A DNA stretch of 64,000 nt, from positions 24,594 through 88,593 of the forward strand of contig PDIP01000085.1 in assembly GCA_002811645.1 (NCBI GenBank). Reading direction: 5' to 3'. This document shows, in pieces, positions 1 through 10,320 of this stretch. Made by a program: the position numbers and the translations under genes. Position 1 is the first letter of the stretch. The number at the start of each line of letters is the position of its first letter. This stretch comes from Corallochytrium limacisporum Hawaii (Eukaryota > Protista > Pluriformea). The notes below the pieces were generated by a model, which was not told the DNA's origin, did no database searches, and saw only the letters and a program-made list of their open reading frames with translations.

Positions 1-435
1 GGGGGGGGGTGGCAGATGGTTTGGGAAGATGCCGATGCGTGCGCTTGCGGTGGTCCTGCCACACGGGGGACGGTAAGGGAACAAAGGCACGGCTGGTTTC
101 CAGAAAAACTTTCAGAATTAGACCAAACAGTGAAAAGAGGAGCCAAATGAACGACAGCTAAGCGCCTGCGAGCAGCAAGCAGTCGTCTTTCCACAGGCAG
201 GACTGAATGCTTTGTTCTTTCACCTTCCAACTCGTAAGTTGATAGCCATCCCACAGGGAAGCCACCAACGCGCAGACACCTTCGCACACTCACACACTCA
301 CACACTCACACACCCTCGCACCCTGCTATACACGCTGCAAGGTTGCTGTAGATAATTTTCGGTGCCACTAATCTACGACCGTCTGGTGCCAATGTAGGGT
401 TGTCTGCACAACGAGGACACAGTTGTTGTGGATGC

Positions 436-600
436 ATGGATGACGGTGACGCAATGTGGACTTTCGCTACTTTGGTATCGCTGTTTCTGTTGTGCGTCGT
501 TCGGTACAAGGTCTTTCAATGTCGGAACCCAAATAACCGACATCTGCGGCGTATGAACAGGTATCAATTGGGACCGCAAGGATCGAAGGGGACTAAGTGA
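436..600 (+). CDS. Possible small single-pass membrane peptide or uORF upstream of E2F (54 aa)
   Basis: ATG at 436; MDDGDAMWTFATLVSLFLLCVVRYK has an acidic N-terminus, a ~17-aa hydrophobic stretch and a basic tail. No recognised homology. Confidence 0.25.
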   Translation: MDDGDAMWTFATLVSLFLLCVVRYKVFQCRNPNNRHLRRMNRYQLGPQGSKGTK

Positions 601-802
601 GAACATTTGAGAAGGTGATCAAAGTCAACAAAATGAACATTAGTCTTCTGTAATTGTTCCAAGAAGGGAAGGCATAGTTTGAAGAAGAGAGCCAGTTCAC
701 AGCTTGTAGTACTCTAAAGAAAACCAACTAATAGTTTCAATCAGTTGTTCCGAATTCCAACTATATCGCTGATAACGGGACTTTGGTCTTAGTAGCAAAC
801 AA

Positions 803-844
803 AAGCTTGGGTTTAAAACTGAAACAGTTTTAAACTCTGAGCTT
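803..844. promoter_or_regulatory. Inverted repeat/hairpin in the E2F 5' leader
   Basis: GTTTAAAACTG-AAA-CAGTTTTAAAC (811-835) is a perfect 11-bp stem, extended by AAGCT/AGCTT (803-807/840-844). Confidence 0.4.
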
Positions 845-919
845 GAATTACATCCAGAAAGGACCATAGCACCCAGCGTTGGAACGGCAAGGACCGCAAA
901 GGCTTTGCCGCACACAACC

Positions 920-1954
920 ATGTCGGCAAAGAAGGACGACAAAGGAAGTCGCTATGACACCAGTCTGGGAAGACTCACAAGTTCGTTTGTAGACTTGATC
1001 CGAAAGTCTCCTGGTGGCGTACTTGATTTGAATGAAGCTGCCACAAGGCTTGAGGTCGCCAAGCGGCGCATCTACGATATCACAAATGTTCTTGAGGGAA
1101 TAAACCTCATCGAAAAACAGGGCAAGAATAATATTGCCTGGAGGGGTAGCGGAAACAATGGAGGTTCCGGGCGTCACGCAGAAGAAGTTGCAAGACTGGA
1201 AAGGCAACTTGGAGACCTCAATGCACAGTTGGCTGTAATGCACGAACATCAGGCTATCGCAGAGAAGGAAATTCGTGACCTCGGTGACAATCCTGAGAAC
1301 CGTGAGCTCGCATACCTCCTGTACAGTGACGTCCGCGAAGCTGATGGTTTAGGTACTGATTCGACCCTTTTGGCCATCAAGGCACCCAGTGGTACCACCC
1401 TTGGTGTGCCTCCTTATAACGGCGGCATGTACAAGATTGAAATCACCCATGAACAGAAGATGCCTATTTTCCTGTACGATCTTATGGATGACGGTGAGCC
1501 CCTGCGCGCGGAACCGGAACAGGAGGTTTGCGACCAACAGGGACTGGACACAACACACTCTCGTGGTGAGAGCGGCAGTCCAATGTACAATGAAGCGTCA
1601 CAAGCTGCTTACATTATGGGCAATGAGAATTCCCAAGATTTTGCGACGGTGCACGATGATATGGTGCAGCCTGAGCCCTTGCAGTATCTTAACCCCGAGT
1701 TCCCGGCTTTCATACAGGAAGATTTTAACTTTGAGAGCAGTGTGCCCTTCCATAATGAGGCCGATGGTGACCTTATGATGTACGAAGACGACAACTTTAT
1801 GCCCATCGATGCGCCGCCTAGTCCCGGCGACTACAATCGTGCCTTCAACAACTACGGTATCAGTGATCTTTTCGAGGATGATAAGCTGTATCTCGACAAA
1901 AATTTAGAAGAAGAGATGAAAACCTTTGAGTTTGATGCCCGTACATTTTCATGA
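920..1954 (+). CDS. E2F: E2F transcription factor
   Basis: Winged-helix SRYDTSLGRLT...KRRIYDITNVLEGINLIEKQGKNNIAW; coiled coil; marked box LAY..AIKAPSGTTLGVP; C-terminal Rb-binding-like DY...GISDLF. First ATG at 920. Confidence 0.97.
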   Translation: MSAKKDDKGSRYDTSLGRLTSSFVDLIRKSPGGVLDLNEAATRLEVAKRRIYDITNVLEGINLIEKQGKNNIAWRGSGNNGGSGRHAEEVARLERQLGDLNAQLAVMHEHQAIAEKEIRDLGDNPENRELAYLLYSDVREADGLGTDSTLLAIKAPSGTTLGVPPYNGGMYKIEITHEQKMPIFLYDLMDDGEPLRAEPEQEVCDQQGLDTTHSRGESGSPMYNEASQAAYIMGNENSQDFATVHDDMVQPEPLQYLNPEFPAFIQEDFNFESSVPFHNEADGDLMMYEDDNFMPIDAPPSPGDYNRAFNNYGISDLFEDDKLYLDKNLEEEMKTFEFDARTFS

Positions 1955-2052
1955 TTCTGCTTGAACCATCCAAGCCCATACCTAAACCTAATAATCCTTC
2001 ACATACTAATACACACACACACAGAGTTTAATTTCCTAGTACACATGACTAG

Positions 2053-3366
2053 CTAGCCGACTACCTCTTCTTGCACTACTACCAAACCATGGCTGGCCCC
2101 CAGGCTCACGCTTGTGACCTTACCTCCGTCGGGTGCGGACTCCCACTCCAAAACTCGTGTTGTGGCCCCTGCGTGGTCGTGGGCAAGTTCCACAGACCCA
2201 CCCTCGCCGGGCATCATTCGTCCCAGTAGTAAAATAGTCTTGTCTGTCAACGCAACCATGCATGCTTCCAAACAGCAGGTCAGATCCGTTATTTGGGCAT
2301 CTGTCAAGTTTTCTGGCATTGACGGTGTCAATCCTGGCATCGCTGTCATTGCATTGGTACCTTCCAAAGCACTGATGCCACCAATGAGACGAAGAGATTC
2401 AGGTGTTTGTCCACTGAAGGCCATCATTGTCGTACCCATTCCCGCGAATGCTGCATTGCCCGGTTGTGTCACAAGCCTTTGGAGATCATCTCCGAGCGCG
2501 GTAGGCAAATGCTGCCCGTGCTTGAGACACTTTCCCACTCCGGTCTGGGCATACTCTCCATTGCCCCAGGCGTACCAGCCATCCCCAGTCTGGACCAGTG
2601 TCGTGTCCCCACCGGATATGACCTGCATGATTGCCCCTAGTCCGTTGACGAGTAACGGTTTCGGACTGAGTATCAGCGGAGGATCTGGTCCCTCTGGTGA
2701 CTCCGGGGTGCCCTGACCCAACTGTCCATCACAGTTCCAGCCACACACCCATAGGTGGCCTGCTGTGGCGCTAAAAAAGCCCGTAAAGTCGAGCCCACAT
2801 TGTACATTGGAAATATGTGGCGTTCCCTCCACAACCGGGAGTAACCTCGGTGTCAGGACAGTCGCATCCTTGCTGCTGTTATACCGAGTGGCAATGGTTG
2901 TTGCATTGTCTCCTAGTCCCAGTTGCCCCAAAGCATTTGATCCAAAGCCATAAATCTCTTGATTTTCCATAAGAACCACAGAGTGGGAGGCTCCTGCAGC
3001 GGCCGCCTGCACCACCTTGCCGTCAAGGTGAGGGACTTCGGTCCATTCGTCTCGCTGCTTAACATCACCGACGCCAAGCTGTCCAGAATTGTTCTGTCCA
3101 GCAACATAGACCTTATGTTCTTTGTCTCCATTAAGGCCCCATACCAAAGAATGTTGCAAACCACACGCGACGCCCCGCACGTCAGCGAGATCACCGACAT
3201 CCAGTGGTGTCAATTTGCTCGTAGCCTTGGTGTCTGCCAGGCCCAATTGCCCCAAATGATTTCCTCCGAATGCGTACACCTTACCCTTCACCTTTGACCC
3301 AGTACTAAACCATCGATGAGGGTGGGCAAGCCCACGGCTGTGAGCCATGATTCTTGCGCTAAACAT
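2053..3366 (-). CDS. RCC1-repeat protein, probably mitochondrial (RCC1L/WBSCR16-like)
   Basis: Repeated FG.N..GQLG and CG..HS RCC1 motifs; Arg-rich, acid-free N-terminus resembling a presequence. Confidence 0.85.
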   Translation of the reverse strand: MFSARIMAHSRGLAHPHRWFSTGSKVKGKVYAFGGNHLGQLGLADTKATSKLTPLDVGDLADVRGVACGLQHSLVWGLNGDKEHKVYVAGQNNSGQLGVGDVKQRDEWTEVPHLDGKVVQAAAAGASHSVVLMENQEIYGFGSNALGQLGLGDNATTIATRYNSSKDATVLTPRLLPVVEGTPHISNVQCGLDFTGFFSATAGHLWVCGWNCDGQLGQGTPESPEGPDPPLILSPKPLLVNGLGAIMQVISGGDTTLVQTGDGWYAWGNGEYAQTGVGKCLKHGQHLPTALGDDLQRLVTQPGNAAFAGMGTTMMAFSGQTPESLRLIGGISALEGTNAMTAMPGLTPSMPENLTDAQITDLTCCLEACMVALTDKTILLLGRMMPGEGGSVELAHDHAGATTRVLEWESAPDGGKVTSVSLGASHGLVVVQEEVVG

Positions 3367-4149
3367 GTTTCAGTCTCTAGACCAACGGGCCGCCCACTGT
3401 GATCCATCCGTTCGTAGCACCGTCATCGCTTCGTTTATCACGAAAACCGAAACGTAAAGTCTCAGAAATGTAGCGGATAGCATCCAAATACAAATGGAAC
3501 CCCTACACACTGAACGATTCGTGAAAAAGTACCTGACCAACAGATCCTGCAGCGAATGGGCCAGTGTGTGCGCGGATCTCGCCCGTCGCATGCGCCCAAA
3601 CCCCCCTTTGGGGGAGAGAGGGAGGAAGGCAAAGGGGCCAAGGGGGGGGGGGAGGGAGGAGTTCTTGGACCAGGCGCTGCAGTCGGGTCCCATTGGTGAA
3701 AAACTGGCAAGGAGGGGGCACTTTGTTGAGCCAGGAGAGAGCGGTTGTGGGGGGGGGAGGCGGGTTGTTGGATGGAGCCTCGGGATTATGGCTTTTTTCC
3801 CATTGTTTGGCCTTTCTCCCCTTGTCGCCCCGGGGCGTCCGTACCAGGAAAGGGGAAGGGGGGGGGGGGTTGCGAAACCATACCTTCTGAGTCGGTGTTT
3901 TGCGCTTCCGCTCACGTACTAGTTAGCCTGGCCCTAAATGTTGGTGTCTGAGTCCGTGGGTGGGTTGTTGGAACCAACGTATTTGAAAGGTGTCCTGCGA
4001 TGTAGCTTTAGTGGAAGTGTTTTTCAAAGTGTTATGCTTGTGGACTGGGATAGTTTAATAGAATCATGACTTTGACGTGAGAACGTATCTCCTGTGTGAA
4101 TCGGTGTTAGGACCATTTGCTCGTTTCTAGTGCGGGTACAGCAGTAAAT

Positions 4150-6831
4150 ATGTCAGGCAAAGATTATGGAATGCAAGAGTTCCTCCCCCCGGAGGAAGAG
4201 ATTCTTGCGGCTGCAAAAGTCCAGGCCGGGACAAAGAAGGCACACAGAGGAGAGAGACATTTTAAGCTTGGCCTTTGTCTCACAGTTAAGGACAACTCCC
4301 GTGTTTATTTGCACCGAGTCTTGACTGGAACGAATGGTAAATTGGAGGCAACATTCCCCTTGAGTAGCATCAAGATGGTTGATGGAAAAGATAAGGCAAG
4401 TTTAGAGGTGATCTTCAACGTTGACGACTCCACCCTGCGTTTTGTGTGCAAGAACAACCAGGACAAGTATCGTCTCATTTACGGACTGTTGAAAGCTGGA
4501 GAAGACTACGGTCCGATGCCCAGAATGCAGAACCTAGACTTTCAACTGATTGCGGAAATGCGCTATCGGGACCAAGAAGAGGAGGAGAACCAGGAAGCTG
4601 CGCTGTTGGCTGCCGCAGAGGCCGCTGTTGACGACATTGATGGCGGTGGCTTTCCAACCATGAAGGAGGATGACGAACTAGTTTTGGATATGGAAGCGGC
4701 TGGCACAGCGGTGGGGAGGTATCTTGAAATCACAGAACGTCAAGAGAAAGACATGCTGGACATGTTGGCGCGCTATCCCTGGGCTTTGCAAGATGCAGAA
4801 GGGTTAGCAAATCGCATGACGGAAGAACTAAATACCCTGGACGGTGCGAACATTTACTCCATCATTGACGCTGAACAAGCCATCGAGCAGCTCATTGACA
4901 AGATCGCCGCCAATGAGCTCGAGGTAGACAACCTCAGTGAACAGATTGGCGCTTGGAGCAATGTGTTGACTGGCGTGAAACGCGAGATTGGTCAATTGGG
5001 CACCCATGGAAACATGCTTGAAGTGCAAAGTGACAATGCTCTGTCCCTTTTAGCCGATCTGACCAAGTTGGTCAAGGCCTGTGACCAGGACTACGAAATC
5101 ATCTCTTCCCTGTCTGATCCAGATTTTCGTGACCTAGACTCGTTAACTGCGAAGGCTTGGAAGTTACATGCTCTAATGAACCCAGATTTGCCTCCTGGTA
5201 TGCAGTTCATGGACGCCTACCAAGAGTGTGTTGCTAATTATGAGGCTATCAGGGAGTCGTTCGCCACCAAACTAGTCACGGTGGTCAGTGCCAAGTTTGA
5301 GACTTTTGAGATTCAAGTGGTGCGCACTGCAGACGATTTAGATATTTCCAAACACGAACAGTACCAGAAGCAATTAGCACCCTTCACCAAGCTCATGGCC
5401 TGGCTGAGTGTCACGGACCCAAGCAAACTCAAAGAGCTCCGGCAAGCTTACAAAAGGGTGCGCAGTGGTCATTTCAAGCGTCTCATGAAAGAGTTCATGG
5501 ATATTGCCCGCGGCAATCTGAGCAAGGTGGGCTATGTGGAGAGAGAGTCACGCATGGAAATTCCATACTTTAGTCCCGAATATCCTGAAGGCCAAGTGGA
5601 GGTCACAAAGATCTATGAGAGGACATTCAACCGTGCCCTGAGTACCGCTGCACTGTTTTGCGTACAAGAGCAAGATTTCGTGTTGTCGTTCTTCCAATTC
5701 CTGAAACCAGAAGAAACCGAGAACGGAGAAACCGAAGGCAAGGATGGTGAGGTACCAGTCAATGGAGCGGGTGGACCCACCATCTCTATGCCAACAACTG
5801 ACGATGGATCCATGAGCCATACTGTACCCGTCGGGGTCGACAACAGTGCTAGTGGTACCAATCAGCAGCATCTGGCAGGAGAGCGTGAACTGCGGCACTT
5901 GCTCACGGAGCTCATGTCCGGTATCTCTGAGGAGATTGTCTCCCTAATTGAGCGTGGAATTCGCATTGATCCGTTCAATCTTATTGTCACCATCGTCCTC
6001 TTGAACGAAGCCATGGAACAGAAGGGTGATCGGGCCCTGTTCATCAATAGTGTGCTCGGCAGGGCCCAGATTCTAGCCAAGCGTCAATTCGATCAGTTTA
6101 TCCGTGTGCAGACGGCGTATATCGCAGAAGCCAAGCCCACGAATCGCAAGAAGCCTGGCATTCTGCATCCCGTGCGCCGTCTTGCCGACTTTTTGGGCGT
6201 CTGCGAAGGCATTACCCAGAAGAAGGCGCAAAAGATCACCACAATCGAGAAAGCGTACATTGACATCATGCGGAGTATATTCCTCATGCTCGATAATGTA
6301 CCCTGGGACTGCAAGCATCCGGATGTCGTCCGATTGGAAAACTTCCACTACTTGTACTCTCAGCTCGGATTCCTGAAGATTGTGCCCCTGGATCCGTTCC
6401 GAAAGCAGTGCCAAACGCTGTACCGCCAATCCCTCAGCAGCTACGTCACCTCCATGCTGGGACGCCCTATGGAGAAGGTCAGCCGCTTCTTTGACGGTGT
6501 CAGCGCCCTCATTGAGGATGGCCTTGAACCATCCGAGGTCGCCTTTCGGATGGCCTTCAGCAAACAAGAACTGCGCAAGGTCATCAAGGAGTATCACGCG
6601 AAGGAAGTGCGCCGCGGACTGCAATATATTTACCGTGAACTCGACAAGCACCTCACGGAAGAGGAAGGTCTGCTGCAGGTCGTATGGCGCAGTATGCAAG
6701 AGGAGTTTCTGGATCAATACAAAACATTCCAGAAGCTCATTGGGCAGTGCTACCCCGGCAGTCAAATCACGCTGGAGGTGAGCATTGATGACATTCTCAA
6801 TGCGTTCAGTGACATTGCACGCAGTCATTAA
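4150..6831 (+). CDS. EXOC1: Exocyst complex component 1 (Sec3)
   Basis: 893 aa; N-terminal PH-like region; ELNTLDGANIYSII; C-terminal ENFHYL..., FSKQELRKVIKEY, LLQVVWRSMQEEF..., CYPGSQITLE typical of Sec3. Confidence 0.95.
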   Translation: MSGKDYGMQEFLPPEEEILAAAKVQAGTKKAHRGERHFKLGLCLTVKDNSRVYLHRVLTGTNGKLEATFPLSSIKMVDGKDKASLEVIFNVDDSTLRFVCKNNQDKYRLIYGLLKAGEDYGPMPRMQNLDFQLIAEMRYRDQEEEENQEAALLAAAEAAVDDIDGGGFPTMKEDDELVLDMEAAGTAVGRYLEITERQEKDMLDMLARYPWALQDAEGLANRMTEELNTLDGANIYSIIDAEQAIEQLIDKIAANELEVDNLSEQIGAWSNVLTGVKREIGQLGTHGNMLEVQSDNALSLLADLTKLVKACDQDYEIISSLSDPDFRDLDSLTAKAWKLHALMNPDLPPGMQFMDAYQECVANYEAIRESFATKLVTVVSAKFETFEIQVVRTADDLDISKHEQYQKQLAPFTKLMAWLSVTDPSKLKELRQAYKRVRSGHFKRLMKEFMDIARGNLSKVGYVERESRMEIPYFSPEYPEGQVEVTKIYERTFNRALSTAALFCVQEQDFVLSFFQFLKPEETENGETEGKDGEVPVNGAGGPTISMPTTDDGSMSHTVPVGVDNSASGTNQQHLAGERELRHLLTELMSGISEEIVSLIERGIRIDPFNLIVTIVLLNEAMEQKGDRALFINSVLGRAQILAKRQFDQFIRVQTAYIAEAKPTNRKKPGILHPVRRLADFLGVCEGITQKKAQKITTIEKAYIDIMRSIFLMLDNVPWDCKHPDVVRLENFHYLYSQLGFLKIVPLDPFRKQCQTLYRQSLSSYVTSMLGRPMEKVSRFFDGVSALIEDGLEPSEVAFRMAFSKQELRKVIKEYHAKEVRRGLQYIYRELDKHLTEEEGLLQVVWRSMQEEFLDQYKTFQKLIGQCYPGSQITLEVSIDDILNAFSDIARSH

Positions 6832-6899
6832 ACCATTACATGATTGATCCCAGCTACTAATTCTAATTGCAAATAGTTCCTCTTTTTTTCTTTTTTGTG

Positions 6900-8450
6900 T
6901 CACGAGGTCTTGTACTTGGACAACAGTTCGCTGACCAAGTAGAGTGATCCACACACAACCAACAGTGAGGACTCCGAGCGGCGGCTGATCTGCATGCTGG
7001 CCAATGCGAGCCTCAGATTTGGTCCGGAACGACAGGCCCCCAGATCTGGTTCAATCTGTGAAGCCTTTTCAGCCAGTTCCTCGGGGTCCATGACTTTGAT
7101 CCACGGCATGTCCACAGGACCGTTGAATTCTGTGGCCATGAATATGTCACCGGGCTTCAGCAGGGGTCTGAGAATGCCCTCCACATCCTTACCCTGAGTG
7201 ATGGCCATAATGTACCGCACGGGTGGCCTCTGCGATGCAGCCGAGCCACGCAAATTGCCCGGAGCGTGATTGTGGTGCATAGGTCCCTTGCGGGTGATCT
7301 CATCAATATACTTCGCCAGTTCCCTGGCCGCAGCTGGGTTGTGAGCACCGTCGACCAAGACTTCAATGGCATTGTTCATGCGACGATTGACCGACGTGGT
7401 CCCCGCGGTGAGTCCGCTGCGCACCTCAACAACTTCCAAGCGCCCTGGCCACTGCGTCAATCCGATACCTTCGCCGATGACTCGGTCGTCGAGTCGTTCA
7501 TTCAGGTCGTAGGTAAGAACAAACTGCTTTGCGGCGTTCATTGCAGGCTGCTGCATTGATGGGACGATGCTGCAGCTGTTACTGTTGCCGCTGGGTGCTT
7601 CCGGGGTCTTCTCCTTGCTGTCCTTGTACAATGACGGCAATTCATTTCGGAGGTACCTTACCACTGCAATCGCCAGTGCGCTGTTAGTCTTTTGATAGTC
7701 GCCCCGCAGACGCAGGCGGTACTCCATCACCGGGACCTGCATTCCACCTTCCTTTTGCCCCTCCGCCTCTGTGAATACTGCCACCCCGGGGAGTCCCTCA
7801 TGCCACTGTGCCGTGTGCACTTCTCGCACGCAACTGGGATTGATATCCGTGGCTGTCTCCATGATCACTGCCCGAGCTCCATCGGAAATCATGTTCGCAT
7901 CTTTCGGGATGAACATGGGACAGTTTGCTTTCATGATTCCTGCCTTGTGCCGTGCAATACTTTCCAAACTGTCGCCCAAAAACTTTTCGTGATCTAGGGC
8001 CACTGAGGTGATCACCGTCGCCAGTGGGCATTCAAAGACATTCGTCGCATCCTCCAAACCACCCAATCCAACTTCGATCACACCGACCTCGACCTTCTCC
8101 CGCGCGAAGTAGACAATCGCCACCACGAACTGCAACTCAAAATTTGTAAGATCAATGGATTGGCACCGGTGCAAAACCTCGGTAGCTGTGGCATTGTAGT
8201 CTTCCTTCGCCATTGGTCTGCCATCAATGGCAATGCTGTCAGAGGGATGGTGGAGGTGCGGAGACGTAAATCTACCGACACGGAACCGGCCGCGCTGGAA
8301 AATGGAAGACAGATACGCACATACTGATCCCTTGCCGTTCGTTCCCGTCACGTGTACCACTGGCAGACTATGATGCGGGTCACCAAGCGTGTTCAGCGCC
8401 GTAACGACGCGTCCGGTACCGGGGTCGATCGTTCCCCGACTGGATGCCAT
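6900..8450 (-). CDS. FOL3: FolC-family dihydrofolate synthase/folylpolyglutamate synthase (fungal FOL3-like)
   Basis: HVTGTNGKGS P-loop, FTSPHL, EVGLGGLEDATN, DHEKFLG, WPGRLE, DGAHN, CGSLYLV. Confidence 0.92.
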   Translation of the reverse strand: MASSRGTIDPGTGRVVTALNTLGDPHHSLPVVHVTGTNGKGSVCAYLSSIFQRGRFRVGRFTSPHLHHPSDSIAIDGRPMAKEDYNATATEVLHRCQSIDLTNFELQFVVAIVYFAREKVEVGVIEVGLGGLEDATNVFECPLATVITSVALDHEKFLGDSLESIARHKAGIMKANCPMFIPKDANMISDGARAVIMETATDINPSCVREVHTAQWHEGLPGVAVFTEAEGQKEGGMQVPVMEYRLRLRGDYQKTNSALAIAVVRYLRNELPSLYKDSKEKTPEAPSGNSNSCSIVPSMQQPAMNAAKQFVLTYDLNERLDDRVIGEGIGLTQWPGRLEVVEVRSGLTAGTTSVNRRMNNAIEVLVDGAHNPAAARELAKYIDEITRKGPMHHNHAPGNLRGSAASQRPPVRYIMAITQGKDVEGILRPLLKPGDIFMATEFNGPVDMPWIKVMDPEELAEKASQIEPDLGACRSGPNLRLALASMQISRRSESSLLVVCGSLYLVSELLSKYKTS

Positions 8451-8759
8451 TGCTTTCTAGTGTACTAACTTAACATGGGGTCCATTCACGTTGTGCTATT
8501 AGTCACGCATGGCTACATCACAACCACACGGAACCAGCCGTGGTCAGAACTGCTTTCTATTGTGTTATGTCTATGGTTGTTTATCACTTAGTGCTAATCC
8601 CATCTGGTTCTCAAGTAACACTCACTGCCTCCGTCGGTGTTCTCTCTCCACGCAACTCTCTAATGCACCACCACTGTCCCCCAGTGTACACACACCCTTA
8701 GAGCCCCCCCCACGGGGGGAGAGGAGCCACCACCACCTCCCACCCCCCCCTCCCCTCCC

Positions 8760-9376
8760 NNNNNNNNNNNNNNNNNNNNNNNNNNNNNNNNNNNNNNNNN
8801 NNNNNNNNNNNNNNNNNNNNNNNNNNNNNNNNNNNNNNNNNNNNNNNNNNNNNNNNNNNNNNNNNNNNNNNNNNNNNNNNNNNNNNNNNNNNNNNNNNNN
8901 NNNNNNNNNNNNNNNNNNNNNNNNNNNNNNNNNNNNNNNNNNNNNNNNNNNNNNNNNNNNNNNNNNNNNNNNNNNNNNNNNNNNNNNNNNNNNNNNNNNN
9001 NNNNNNNNNNNNNNNNNNNNNNNNNNNNNNNNNNNNNNNNNNNNNNNNNNNNNNNNNNNNNNNNNNNNNNNNNNNNNNNNNNNNNNNNNNNNNNNNNNNN
9101 NNNNNNNNNNNNNNNNNNNNNNNNNNNNNNNNNNNNNNNNNNNNNNNNNNNNNNNNNNNNNNNNNNNNNNNNNNNNNNNNNNNNNNNNNNNNNNNNNNNN
9201 NNNNNNNNNNNNNNNNNNNNNNNNNNNNNNNNNNNNNNNNNNNNNNNNNNNNNNNNNNNNNNNNNNNNNNNNNNNNNNNNNNNNNNNNNNNNNNNNNNNN
9301 NNNNNNNNNNNNNNNNNNNNNNNNNNNNNNNNNNNNNNNNNNNNNNNNNNNNNNNNNNNNNNNNNNNNNNNNNNNN
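8760..9376. other. Assembly gap (N run)
   Basis: Run of N flanked by poly-C tracts. Confidence 1.
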
Positions 9377-9463
9377 GGTCCCAAGGCCGGCGCGACTGGC
9401 CCCCCCCCCCTTCCTCCCCGTCTCCCACTCTCTCCCGCGCTTTGTCTCCGGCTCTGTGTCCGG

Positions 9464-9467
<4 letters not shown>

Positions 9468-9507
<40 letters not shown>

Positions 9508-9818
9508 CTTTTCTGCGCTATGAAAGCGCCCGGGGTCGGATCTGTGGACGACGTCCTTTTGAACCGCCGGTGACAGGCCAAAAAGTACCGCCAAAGGCCC
9601 GGGTGGGGGAGAGGGGAGCGGCGGTTCATGGGAGAACGCGAGAGCCAGAGGCGCCGAACTCTTTTTATCGCGCCGAAGTGAAACCTTGGACTTTTGGGGG
9701 TGGGGGGGCCGGGGTGGGGGGCTGTTGCGGTAGGAACTGAAGCCCGCTGTGCAACACACCACACTTCACACACACACACACACACACACACTTCAACACA
9801 CACACACACCAACACACA
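9468..9818. repeat. (CT)n and (CA)n microsatellites in a divergent spacer
   Basis: (CT)n at 9468-9503 and interrupted (CA)n at about 9752-9818. Confidence 0.95.
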
Positions 9819-10320
9819 TAGAGGAGGAGCACAGCAACACCTTGCCCGTATCTCACCAGGGTAGCAGGTTGGTCGATGGAGGGAGTATTGCGCATGCGTC
9901 TCTGTGGGTGCAGTGCTTGGGTTAGCGGTGTGTGCGTTCGTGATGTCTGATTTTCGCAGGATGTACGACGTAGTGGCTTTAGTTACTGCTATGGGTTGAG
10001 AAGTTCTTCTATTAAAGGGAATGACGAGGCCCTGATAGGCATATCGGTGGCTACAAAATTATTGTAGCTCGGCCACATTGGTTCAGTTTTAAGTGATTGT
10101 GGTTTGTGTCCATTGCCATTAGATCGGGACACATGCTAATTTCTTTCACCGTACCACATTCATAGAAAGCCGAGAAAGACTTTCCAATGACCACAGACAC
10201 CACTTACGGAAAAAATTAGGAATATCAGCTACGGCAGCATCATTCGTAAACCATATCCATATCATTCGCTTGCATCGTTGACATACTTTTCATAGCATAT
10301 TTATTTCGAACAGAACCATC

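Noticed and set aside
3367-3385. CTAG shortly upstream of several start codons (RCC1-like, FOL3, CAPZA, DBT, EXOC1) as a possible trans-splice acceptor
   Set aside because: About 5 of 20 genes is not clearly above chance, and there is no consistent polypyrimidine tract.
8509-9815. Long ORFs spanning N gaps (also 52813-53338)
   Set aside because: Artefacts of translating N runs and microsatellites.
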